NCBI GenBank assembly: GCA_963840035.1
Contig: CAWIXE010000001.1
Location: forward strand, 992,001-1,056,000
Reading direction: 5' to 3'
Length of the DNA stretch: 64,000 nucleotides
Source: a candidate division FCPU426 bacterium
GTDB lineage: Bacteria > Oederibacteriota > PGYV01 > Palsa-1178
Part shown: positions 27,807-37,003 of the stretch, piece after piece
Position numbering within the stretch: position 1 is the stretch's first letter
How the letters are laid out: every line of letters begins with the position of its first letter
Program-made: the position numbers and the translations under genes
The notes under the pieces: model-generated
What the model saw: the letters and a program-made list of their open reading frames with translations, nothing else
What the model was told of the DNA's origin: nothing
Database searches by the model: none

Positions 27807-30377
27807 ATGGTCGACAGCACAGGATTGCCGGGGCTTGATAAGATCCTAAACGGCATCATTCCGGGGGACAATATTGTATGGCAGACTGATTCCATAGAAG
27901 ACTTTACGCCTTATGTAAAACCTTACTGCGATTACGCAAAATCCATCGGCAGGAAGCTGGTATATTTCCGGTTTGCCAAGCATCAGGCGTTTGTGGACGC
28001 GGAATCAGGGGCTGAAGTCTGCGTATTAAAGCCGGAGGAAGGTTTTGAAAAATTTATAACGGGAATGCACGAAGTCATAACGCGCGTGGGAGACGGCGGG
28101 TATTATATTTTTGACTCGCTTTCAGAGCTCGCTGTCGAGCACTTTTCCGAGGCTATGATTGAAAATTTCTTTGTCTTAACCTGCCCCAGGCTCCTGAAAA
28201 TGAAATGCATCGCTTACTTCATGGTGCTGCGCAATTATAACTCATACCACGCCACCCAGCTTATCACCCGCACAACCCAGCTGATTCTCGATGTTTATAA
28301 CCAGTCCGGAAAGGAATACATACATCCGGTAAAGGTGGACGGGCGCTACTCGCCAACCATGTATATGCTGCATGAACGCCTCGGGGATGATTTTATTCCG
28401 GTCATGGATTCCACTGTGGTGGCGGATGTTTCGGTGTCCGGGCCGTGGTATGGCCTGCAGTCCGCGCCATACAGGGCGGTCGGGCTATGGGACAAGCTTT
28501 TCATTGAGGCTGAAAATATCACCGAATCGTGCAGGCGCGGAGAATGCTCGCAGGAAACAGTGCGGGAAGTGTTTAAACGCCAGCTGCGTCAGCTAATCGC
28601 CACGGATGAGCGCATGCTCGAGATGGCGGCAAAACACATGGACCTGGCCGGGCTGATACATATATGGAAACGCACCATAGGCTCGGGAATGATAGGCGGA
28701 AAATCCGTGGGCATGCTTTTGGCCCATGACATATTAAAAAAAGGGTTTAAGCGTTATGACGAGATAATTGAAAAGCATGACTCATTTTATATCGGTTCCG
28801 ACATATTTTATTCCTTTCTTGTGCAGAACGGGTGCTGGCATATAAGGCAAAAGCAGAAGGACCCGGAGACGCTTTTTGACGGCATAGAAGAGGCGCGCGA
28901 GCGCATCCTCGCGGGTAAATTCCCCAACGAGGTAATAAAAAGATTCTCTGACATGCTTGACTATTTCGGACAAGCCCCTGTAATAGTCCGCTCCAGCAGC
29001 CTTCTCGAGGACAACTTCGGCAATGCATTTTCAGGAAAGTATGAATCCATATTCTGCGTAAATAACGGCACGCGGGAGGAGCGGTTGAAGTATTTCCTCG
29101 ACGCTGTGCGCGTCATATACGCTTCCACCATGTCCAGGGAGGCGCTGGCTTACAGGGCGCGGCGCGGAGTCCTGGAAAATGACGAGCAGATGGCGCTTTT
29201 GGTGCAGCGGGTCTCGGGGGCAAGGCATAAGAACGTGTTTTTTCCGGAACTCGCCGGGGTCGGTTTTTCCTACAATTCATATACCTGGGATGAGTCCATA
29301 GACCCGGACGCGGGACTGTTGCGGTTAGTTTACGGGCTGGGCACAAGGGCCGTGGACAGGCACGATGATGATTACACCAGGATAGTCGCGCTTAACGCGC
29401 CTGAAAAGAGGCCGGAAGGCAATACCAGGGAAGTCCTGAAATTCACCCAGAAAAGGGTGGACGTGCTTAACATAAAAAAAAATGACCATGAAACCGCCTA
29501 CTTTACGGATATTATAAAAGCAAACCCGGACATTGACGTGAGGCTGTTCAGCGCAATAGTGGAAAAGAATGACATGAGCCATAAGGTCATTGATTTCAGC
29601 GGGATATTTTCGGAAACGGCATTCATAAATGATATGAGCGAAATTTTAAGGATATTAAGGGACGCTTACGCAAGCCAGGTCGACATAGAGTTTACCGCCA
29701 ATTTTTTCCCTGACGGCAGGTATAAGATAAACCTACTGCAATGCAGGCCGCAACTGGTAAAAAAGGATACCTCGGCGAAGAGCGCGCTTCCGCAGATGGA
29801 GTCCGGGAATATAATTTTAAAGGCGGGAAGCGGAGTCGTGGGACAGGGAAGGATGGCCGCAATCGACAGGCTTATATATGTGGTGCCGTCAAAGTACGGC
29901 GCGCTGCCTGAGCAGGACAGGTACGCTGTCGCAAGGCTCATAGGCAAACTCGCCCATCATGAGACGTCTGACGCGAATAAGACCATAATGCTTATGGGCC
30001 CGGGAAGGTGGGGGACCAGGATGCCGTCGCTGGGAATACCCGCGACTTTTTCGGAAATAAACACGGCCTCGGTAATATGCGAGATTGGCGTGATGCACGA
30101 GGGATTAACCCCGGACCTTTCAATGGGCACCCACTTTTTTAACGATATGGTCGAGATGAACACCCTGTATATAGGTTTCTTCCCGTCCAAAGAAGGCAAT
30201 GTCCTAAATGAAGAAATGCTGCTTAAACTGCCTGACCATTTCCCTTACCTGATGCCTGAGGAACCGGGATGGAAAGGCGTTATAAAAGTTATAGATTCAG
30301 ACGCTCTGGAAGGCGGTAAAAAACTATATCTGAACGCTGATTCTGTAAAACAGGTGGCTGTTTTATATATAGGATGA
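27807..30377 (+). CDS. PEP/pyruvate-binding (PPDK_N, ATP-grasp) domain protein with a degenerate RecA/KaiC-like N-terminus
   Basis: STGLPGLDKIL start, IGGKSVG, VRSSSLLED, FSGKYES, GLGTRAV, DIEF, LQCRP, GPGRWG. Confidence 0.8.
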   Translation: MVDSTGLPGLDKILNGIIPGDNIVWQTDSIEDFTPYVKPYCDYAKSIGRKLVYFRFAKHQAFVDAESGAEVCVLKPEEGFEKFITGMHEVITRVGDGGYYIFDSLSELAVEHFSEAMIENFFVLTCPRLLKMKCIAYFMVLRNYNSYHATQLITRTTQLILDVYNQSGKEYIHPVKVDGRYSPTMYMLHERLGDDFIPVMDSTVVADVSVSGPWYGLQSAPYRAVGLWDKLFIEAENITESCRRGECSQETVREVFKRQLRQLIATDERMLEMAAKHMDLAGLIHIWKRTIGSGMIGGKSVGMLLAHDILKKGFKRYDEIIEKHDSFYIGSDIFYSFLVQNGCWHIRQKQKDPETLFDGIEEARERILAGKFPNEVIKRFSDMLDYFGQAPVIVRSSSLLEDNFGNAFSGKYESIFCVNNGTREERLKYFLDAVRVIYASTMSREALAYRARRGVLENDEQMALLVQRVSGARHKNVFFPELAGVGFSYNSYTWDESIDPDAGLLRLVYGLGTRAVDRHDDDYTRIVALNAPEKRPEGNTREVLKFTQKRVDVLNIKKNDHETAYFTDIIKANPDIDVRLFSAIVEKNDMSHKVIDFSGIFSETAFINDMSEILRILRDAYASQVDIEFTANFFPDGRYKINLLQCRPQLVKKDTSAKSALPQMESGNIILKAGSGVVGQGRMAAIDRLIYVVPSKYGALPEQDRYAVARLIGKLAHHETSDANKTIMLMGPGRWGTRMPSLGIPATFSEINTASVICEIGVMHEGLTPDLSMGTHFFNDMVEMNTLYIGFFPSKEGNVLNEEMLLKLPDHFPYLMPEEPGWKGVIKVIDSDALEGGKKLYLNADSVKQVAVLYIG

Positions 30378-30486
30378 AGATTATTGATAATCGTCAATAA
30401 ACGATTTTTAAATTTGCCTCATATGGCATTCCCTTACAATTAGTGCTATAATTAGCATGTGAAATATGGGGAATCCCGGAGGAAAA

Positions 30487-31131
30487 ATGAAAAAAATCAT
30501 ATTTATATTAACGGCTATATTTGTCCCGTTATGCCTCATGTCCGCTGACGGCGGACGGGAAAATTACTGTCCGCTTGGTATAAACCAGAACTGGGTATAC
30601 TCGCTTTTCAGCAAAAAAGACAATGTACAAAAAGACGACATTCATACTTTTATAAAAACAATTGAAAAATTCGACGGGACGGACTGTTATTTCTATGAGG
30701 CCCCGTCAAAATCAATATATGTATATTTTATCACCGGCGTTACGGGTATATACGCCAAAGCTGTGCGCACAAACCTGCCTGTGCTGGGATTTATTAATGT
30801 GGATATAGTTTTTGACCCGCCCGGGCTTTTACTTAAGTCTGAAATAAAAGACGGGGATAAATGGCGGTATGAAGGCAAGGCTGTCCTGAAAACCCTCGCC
30901 ATTATAAACATAGAAACAAAAGTATCGGCTGACATAAAGATGATAGGCATGGAAAACATAACGGTGCATGGCCGCAAGTTCAAAGCCTACCACGCCGAGG
31001 CTACCGCAAGCAGGAACTGGAATGACGAGACGCCCATGAAGTTCGACTGCTGGCTCGTGAAAAATGTTGGGCTGGTAAAGGGCGAGACAAAAAATTCCCT
31101 GCTGGAAATAAAGGAATGCTACACGGAATAA
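30487..31131 (+). CDS. Hypothetical secreted protein
   Basis: GGAGG RBS, signal peptide, YCPLG..WVY and WLVKNVGLVK motifs. Confidence 0.7.
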   Translation: MKKIIFILTAIFVPLCLMSADGGRENYCPLGINQNWVYSLFSKKDNVQKDDIHTFIKTIEKFDGTDCYFYEAPSKSIYVYFITGVTGIYAKAVRTNLPVLGFINVDIVFDPPGLLLKSEIKDGDKWRYEGKAVLKTLAIINIETKVSADIKMIGMENITVHGRKFKAYHAEATASRNWNDETPMKFDCWLVKNVGLVKGETKNSLLEIKECYTE

Positions 31132-31161
31132 CTTAAAATTTGTAGTTTAAAATGAAAGCGA

Positions 31162-33531
31162 GTGAAAAGCGTTATGTTTATAGAAACGGAAGTGCTGATA
31201 AAAAAGCTGCTTCGTGTCTTTAATCCCGATGAGATCATGATAAGGCTGTTAAAACTTTCAAGGCTGGACAAGCCGGCCGACCAGCCAGGCCTCATTATGA
31301 TTCAGATTGACGGACTGGGTTATGACCAGTTCAAGACAGCCCTTGAAAAAGGGCAAATGCGCAACATGAAAAGAATCGTTAAAAAAGAGGGCTTCTCATA
31401 CGGCCGGCTTTACCCGGGGCTGCCTTCAAGTACTGCCGCGGTACAGGGGGAACTTTTTTACGGCGTGAAAAAGGCAATCCCGTCTTTTAGCTACAGGGAC
31501 AGCAGCACGGGTAAAATATTTAACATGCTGAATCCGGAGTCGACACTGTCCGTTGAAACGCGCCTGCGGGAGGCCGGCGGCGAACCGCTTTTGAAAGGCG
31601 GAAGCGTATTCGGCAATATGTTCACCGGCGGGTCTGATGAAGCGCACTTCTGCGTCTCGGCTGCCGGATGGAAGCGGTTTTTCAGGACCGCAAGTTTTGT
31701 CGCTTTTACCCTTTCCATATTACTCCACCTGCATATCTTCATAAGTTTGATATTCGAATTAATTTTACAAACCCTCATCGGGTTATTTGTTGTTTTCCGG
31801 TCAGTTTTCAGGCTGGAAAAGATAGGCGACGGGTTAAGAAACAGCGTTATCAGGGCGCTTGTATGCTCGCTGATGAAGGATATTATCACCATAGGCGCCA
31901 GGATAGACGTGGCGCGCGGCCTGCCGGTAATACATTTGAACCTTGTGGGATACGATGAAATGTCGCATCTGATGGGGCCGAAATCATTTACGGCCCACCA
32001 GTATCTGCGGGGCATAGACAGGGTGATAGGAGACATGTGGAAAGCGGCGCACAGTTACAAGCTCCGGGATTACGAATTCTGTATTTATTCCGACCACGGA
32101 CAGGAAGAAACCGTTTACTACGCGAATGAGACAGGCAGGTCAATCCAGGAAGCCATCAATTCAATATTTAAAAACACCATCATGTCAGCGGGCTGGAGGG
32201 CTTCTTTAAAGGCTCACACGCATTATTCAAGGGCTGACCTTTTAAGGAACAGGCCGAAAAAAATAAAACCACAGCCGCAGCCGCCTGCAGACGCCCACGC
32301 GGCGGTGGAGGCCATCGGGCCCGTAGGGCATATTTATCCGCCTGTTTCGCTTTCATCCGAGGAAAAGCAGCAGCTTGCCGCGGAGCTGGTGAAAAATGCG
32401 GCCATACCAACGGTAATGTATTTTGACGAAAAAAACAGGGCTGTCGCCAGGGACGCGCAAGGAAGTTTTTTCCTGCCGGAAGGCGCGGACAGGATAATAG
32501 ACAGGGGCCATCCGTTCTATGAAAGCACGGCAGAAGATTTAAAGAACCTTTGTCTTCACCCGGATTCAGGCGCGCTCATATTGCTGGGCTGGAGAAAAAA
32601 CAGGAAACCACTGACATTTTATAATGAACACGGGAGCCATGCCGGGCCCGGCCCTGAGGAGACATCCGCTTTTGCGGTGCTTTCCGAAAAGGAGATAGGG
32701 CATCCGTGGCCGCGTCCAATCACCATCGGGGATCTGCGCGAAGCCGCTCTGCGCGCGCAGGGAAGGCTCAAGGCCGGCGCCGCGCACCCGCACAGCCATA
32801 AAAAACCGGAAGGGGTCATAAGGGTCATGAGTTATAACGTACATGGCTGCGCCGGAAGGGACGGCAGGATCTCCCCCGAAAGGATCGCGAGGGTTATTGC
32901 CGCGCATGACCCGGACATAGTCGCGCTGCAGGAACTCGACGCGAACGACGCCGTACATCAGGCAGAAATAATAGCAAAGAGTCTTTCCATGTCGCACCAT
33001 TACCACGCTTCCGTATTGCTAAGGCACGGATGGCATGGCAACGCCGTGCTGAGCAGGTATGACTTAAAGCTTATTCACAGCGCCGGGCTAAAGAGGCTGA
33101 TGAAAACCAGGATCCTGGAACCACGCAGCGCGTTATGGGTTGAAGCGGATGTGGACGGGAAAAAAGTGCAGATATTTACCACGCATTTAAGCCTTTTCCC
33201 CGGGGAAAACCTGCTGCAGGCAAAGGACATATTAGGGCATGATTGGATTGGAAGCCCCAAAATATCCGGGCATGTAATACTGTGCGGCGATTTTAACGCT
33301 ACAGCCAGGTCAAAAACGTGTAAGGAGATAAAGAAAGTATTAAAAGACGCGCATCATGGCCTCAAAGGCAGGTACGGGATCAGGACTTTTCCGAGCATGT
33401 ATCCGGTGAGCAAGATAGACCACATATTTACCGACAGCGGCATTAAGACAATACCGGTATGTCATGTGATTTCCAGGCTTGAAAGAAAGGCCTCGGACCA
33501 CCTGCCGCTGATAGCGGACCTTGTCATATAA
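31162..33531 (+). CDS. Alkaline-phosphatase-superfamily phosphodiesterase fused to an EEP (endonuclease/exonuclease/phosphatase) domain
   Basis: N-part: QIDGLG, PSST, YDEMSH, SDHG, HGSH. C-part: SYNVH, LQE, GDFN, IDHI, SDHLP. Confidence 0.8.
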   Translation: MKSVMFIETEVLIKKLLRVFNPDEIMIRLLKLSRLDKPADQPGLIMIQIDGLGYDQFKTALEKGQMRNMKRIVKKEGFSYGRLYPGLPSSTAAVQGELFYGVKKAIPSFSYRDSSTGKIFNMLNPESTLSVETRLREAGGEPLLKGGSVFGNMFTGGSDEAHFCVSAAGWKRFFRTASFVAFTLSILLHLHIFISLIFELILQTLIGLFVVFRSVFRLEKIGDGLRNSVIRALVCSLMKDIITIGARIDVARGLPVIHLNLVGYDEMSHLMGPKSFTAHQYLRGIDRVIGDMWKAAHSYKLRDYEFCIYSDHGQEETVYYANETGRSIQEAINSIFKNTIMSAGWRASLKAHTHYSRADLLRNRPKKIKPQPQPPADAHAAVEAIGPVGHIYPPVSLSSEEKQQLAAELVKNAAIPTVMYFDEKNRAVARDAQGSFFLPEGADRIIDRGHPFYESTAEDLKNLCLHPDSGALILLGWRKNRKPLTFYNEHGSHAGPGPEETSAFAVLSEKEIGHPWPRPITIGDLREAALRAQGRLKAGAAHPHSHKKPEGVIRVMSYNVHGCAGRDGRISPERIARVIAAHDPDIVALQELDANDAVHQAEIIAKSLSMSHHYHASVLLRHGWHGNAVLSRYDLKLIHSAGLKRLMKTRILEPRSALWVEADVDGKKVQIFTTHLSLFPGENLLQAKDILGHDWIGSPKISGHVILCGDFNATARSKTCKEIKKVLKDAHHGLKGRYGIRTFPSMYPVSKIDHIFTDSGIKTIPVCHVISRLERKASDHLPLIADLVI

Positions 33532-33730
33532 ATACAATTAAAAATTCAAAATTTAAAATTAATAATTATAGTGTGCTGTTGCGCTTACTATTATGATAAT
33601 GCGAGGAGCCTGCGGCGAGCCTGTTCCGCAATTTTGAATTTTTTAATTACTTTTACCCTATTTATCTATTATCCAATTCGCCTGTTTTGTGCTAATATAT
33701 ATCATAAAATTTGACTGCGATTGGAGCGAG

Positions 33731-34654
33731 ATGAAGATAGCCTGTATAGACTTTGAGACCGCGAACCCCTTCTGGGGCAGTATCTGCGCGGTTGGAATGA
33801 CAGTGATAGAAGACGGGAAAATAGTGCATTCACTCAACACCTATATAAAGCCGCATCCGGAGCACGGTGTTTTTAACAGGGACAACATACGCGTGCACGG
33901 GATAAAACCCGAGATGGTAAAAGATTCCCCTGAATTTAAGGACATATACCCTCAGATAAAGCCCTACATTGAAAATGGTTTTGTCGCCGCGCATAATTCC
34001 TCTTTTGACATAGTATGCCTAAAGGATGTCCTTACGCTTTATAACATTCCCATACCGGGCTTTGAATACATCTGTACCTGCGAGATATCAAGGAAAGCCT
34101 GGCAGGGGCTGAAAAACTACAGGTTAAAAACAGTGGCTACCCATCTGGGGCATAAGTTCAAACACCACGACGCGGGCGAGGACGCCGAGGCCAGCGCGAA
34201 CATCCTGATAAAAGCCATGGAGCAATCCAAGGCTGCCGACGTGCATAAACTCGCGGAAGAGCTTGGCGTGAAGGTAGGGGTGGTTAAGGCCGGGGAGATT
34301 CACATACTGAGCTCGGTTAAAAGCGCCCAGAAGAAACTTGACAGCGTTGACGCGGCCACTATCAAGGCTGAATCCGATAAATTTGACGAATCAAGCCAAT
34401 TTTATAACAAGGAAATAGTATTTACGGGAAAGTTCATGAACGGAGTAACCCGCAGGCAGACCATGCAGATGGCGGTAAACGCGGGCGCGAAACTTTCAAA
34501 TTATGTCCGCATGGCGACTGATTTCCTGGTCCAGGGAGCGGATGAAACAGGCGCGGAGAGTTCCAAGACAAGAAGCGCTAAGAAATACATACAGGGTGGA
34601 AGCAAGCTGCGGATTATTACAGAGGACGAGTTCCTTAGTAAAATAAAGATATAA
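33731..34654 (+). CDS. DEDDh 3'-5' exonuclease (DNA Pol III epsilon-like) with BRCT domain
   Basis: IDFET, AHNSSFD, HHDAGEDA. BRCT: IVFTGK...TDFLVQG...IITEDEF. Confidence 0.88.
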   Translation: MKIACIDFETANPFWGSICAVGMTVIEDGKIVHSLNTYIKPHPEHGVFNRDNIRVHGIKPEMVKDSPEFKDIYPQIKPYIENGFVAAHNSSFDIVCLKDVLTLYNIPIPGFEYICTCEISRKAWQGLKNYRLKTVATHLGHKFKHHDAGEDAEASANILIKAMEQSKAADVHKLAEELGVKVGVVKAGEIHILSSVKSAQKKLDSVDAATIKAESDKFDESSQFYNKEIVFTGKFMNGVTRRQTMQMAVNAGAKLSNYVRMATDFLVQGADETGAESSKTRSAKKYIQGGSKLRIITEDEFLSKIKI

Positions 34655-34658
34655 TACA

Positions 34659-34759
34659 GTCTCAATAATCTCAGAGGTCTCAATGATCTCAATGGTTAGA
34701 ACAGGCCTGTTTTTTGTCCCGACTATTGAGATCATTGAGACTTATGAGATCACTGAGAC
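34659..34759. repeat. Inverted nonamer tandem arrays, same family as 12832-12916
   Basis: gtctcaata atctcagag gtctcaatg atctcaatg ... tattgagat cattgagac ttatgagat cactgagac. Confidence 0.7.
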
Positions 34760-34775
34760 TGCTTTCGAGGCACCT

Positions 34776-35315
34776 ATGGATCTAATAACCGAGCTTTCCG
34801 GCATTGATTCAAAACACAGGATAAGCGTAAAAAAGGCTGCTGCGGAAATTGTATTTCAGGGGGCCGGGCTTTATGACCTGGTTTTTGAGAGGGCCCTTTC
34901 AGCTGAAGGCGTCCTGGCAGAGCGCTGCGCGGAAAGCTGCGCGAGGGCCGCGAGGGAAATCCCGTCGCTGGCGCAAAAGCATAAGAACGAACTTGTCACC
35001 GCAATCCGTAAAAATCCAAAAGGCAACATGAGATACTTTCTTGCCTCCATTCTTATAAACGTCAATCCCGGCAAAAAGCAGGCTAAAGATTGCGCGCGTA
35101 TTATCCATAAGTGGCTCAATGATGAAGTGGGCAAAGGTGCAAAAGCGTGTTTTCTGGAAGCAATTGTATCGCTTTCCCGGAACAACCCGGATGTCCTGCC
35201 GCTTGCGCGGAAACTCATCGCAGAAGCATTAAAGTCTGATGTGGCCTCGTACTCGGCAAGGGCAAGGGTTGTAATGGGAAAAGGCAGGAAATTATCTATT
35301 AGCCGGCACTTGTAG
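34776..35315 (+). CDS. Hypothetical helical-repeat (HEAT-like) protein
   Basis: GAGG RBS before ATG 34776, amphipathic helical pattern. Confidence 0.6.
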   Translation: MDLITELSGIDSKHRISVKKAAAEIVFQGAGLYDLVFERALSAEGVLAERCAESCARAAREIPSLAQKHKNELVTAIRKNPKGNMRYFLASILINVNPGKKQAKDCARIIHKWLNDEVGKGAKACFLEAIVSLSRNNPDVLPLARKLIAEALKSDVASYSARARVVMGKGRKLSISRHL

Positions 35316-35602
35316 AGCCGCCGCTTGCTGCGGCTCAAGGTTGGATTCGTTTTTTATGATGATGTTCGAACCTGTTTGGCATCTGCTGATAACAACAATA
35401 CCGACTTTGAGCCGCAGCAAGCGGCGGCTCTACAAAAACTGTGTTATTTGCTTGTAGGGGCGATTCACGAATCGCCCAGAGGCAGGATGTGGTTTTGGAG
35501 ATTTTATATATGAGGGCTTAGAAAAAATGTAATAAGAAGTTTGAGATTACGGGTGAAAAAAGTGAATTCCCAACTTTTGGGCGATTCGTGAATAGCCCCT
35601 GC
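35312..35602. repeat. Two adjacent GTAG REPIN doublets
   Basis: GTAGAGCCGCCGCTTGCTGCGGCTC pair (35312-35433) and GTAGGGGCGATTCACGAATCGCCC pair (35454-35602). Confidence 0.8.
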
Positions 35603-35659
35603 AACAGCAAATAATCCAAAAACAAAAAAACCAGCCTGCAAAAACAGCTTTATTTTTAA

Positions 35660-36427
35660 TTAAAACCCAATCCCCACCCTAAACTCAAACTTTTCCTTTT
35701 TATTATCCAGCAGGTTCTCACCGAAGCCGTGGAAAAACTGGAAGGTCAGCATGGGCAGGATTTTTTTCGCGAAGGCCTTGTTTATGCGGAAGGTTATTTC
35801 CTGGCCGCCTTTTAGCGGGTCTATGAGGTAATCGCCGCCCGGGTATATCCTGATGGTCAGATCGTTCCTGTCAAAAATGTGCGCCAGTACATTTCTTACC
35901 GTAAACTGCAGTTCGTATATGCCCCGGTATTTGGCGATGTCTAAACTTGTGCTGTCATATCCAAAAGGAAACCATGCTTTGACCAGCCAATAGAGCTCGT
36001 GCTCGCCGGCTATGTCCGCGGCTGATGAGTATCGCAGGTAAACGTGGTTCCAGCCGCATGAGTCGCCGCCGCCCAAACCGTTAGACTCGTGTTCCACGCC
36101 TAAGTCAAGCCACAGGAGGTTTTCCCGGGATACGACAAAGCGGTAGAATAACTCGGGGTTGTAGTTTAAGTCCCTCATGGGCTGGGAATCAGCCCATAAA
36201 TCCCACATCATGAGCTGGGAGTAGGCAAAGTAGAAATCAACGTCCTCTATCATCTTAATCTTAAAACTTACTGAAAGTTTTGAGGCGTTAAAGCCAAGAA
36301 GGAAATAGTTGGACCTGTATCCCTCGGCGGCCCAGTGCGGCCCGTCGAATTCATTTACGTAGGCTTTTAAGCCGGAAAATGTGAAAAAAAATATGAGCAT
36401 TGCCATGTAAGTTGTTTTTTTTCGCAC
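35660..36427 (-). CDS. pldA: Outer-membrane phospholipase A1
   Basis: FAYSQLMMW, SQPMRDLNYNPELF, catalytic HESNG, terminal RVGIGF beta-signal. Confidence 0.85.
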   Translation of the reverse strand: MRKKTTYMAMLIFFFTFSGLKAYVNEFDGPHWAAEGYRSNYFLLGFNASKLSVSFKIKMIEDVDFYFAYSQLMMWDLWADSQPMRDLNYNPELFYRFVVSRENLLWLDLGVEHESNGLGGGDSCGWNHVYLRYSSAADIAGEHELYWLVKAWFPFGYDSTSLDIAKYRGIYELQFTVRNVLAHIFDRNDLTIRIYPGGDYLIDPLKGGQEITFRINKAFAKKILPMLTFQFFHGFGENLLDNKKEKFEFRVGIGF

Positions 36428-36557
36428 GAGTGTCCCCCGGTAATTTTTATCAGATGATTATAAATTGAAGTAAGGGAGTTAGTCAAGGGTAATAATAAAA
36501 AGGGTGCCTTTTGCAATAGTGCGTAAATCAAATGCCGTCATCTTAATTGTTGTCCTA

Positions 36558-36606
36558 TTTTGTCAACGCAGTTTTGGTGCCTGACACCAAAACTGCGTTG
36601 ACAAAA
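36558..36606. repeat. Perfect 22-bp hairpin around GGTGCCTGACACC
   Basis: TTTTGTCAACGCAGTTTTGGTG-CCTGA-CACCAAAACTGCGTTGACAAAA. Confidence 0.85.
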
Positions 36607-36811
36607 GGTGCGGGCTGCGGGAATACCGTGGCAGGTGTTGATGTTTCGGGCGGACACATAGGTCCGCTCATGCGGGGGATTGTAATGATTAATTGCCTGC
36701 TTTGAGCCGTAATATCCGTCTTTGGCGGGCTTCGACTCACATGCAGCGGAGGTTAAAGGCATGAACTGTGTTTGGTTGGCACAATTAGGATTACAGTGAT
36801 AAGAATACCCG

Positions 36812-36840
36812 CCTTGAGCCGCAGCAAGCGGCGGCTCTAC
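36812..36840. repeat. Single REP copy
   Basis: Exact reverse complement of 35312-35340. Confidence 0.8.
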
Positions 36841-37003
36841 GAAAGGCAAAACAGGACAGACACCTTTTTTACCCAAACAAAACAGGGTGTTTTTTTATGT
36901 TGAACTCTTCCTTATATATATGGTATTATATGGCGTTGTTTTTAAGACGGGTGAAAAAACACAAGGCGCACTAAAAGTGCGTCTTAACATTTTGGAGGAT
37001 TAC

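Noticed and set aside
34683..34775. N-terminal extensions of ORF-track calls (34683; likewise 13765, 33689, 36887, 40616, 23048, 24705, 8510, 59495)
   Set aside because: They translate repeats, promoters or upstream genes. Downstream ATGs with an RBS or translational coupling fit better.
36538..36876. 112-aa minus-strand ORF between pldA and secD
   Set aside because: Spans a REP and a perfect hairpin, with no recognisable protein features.
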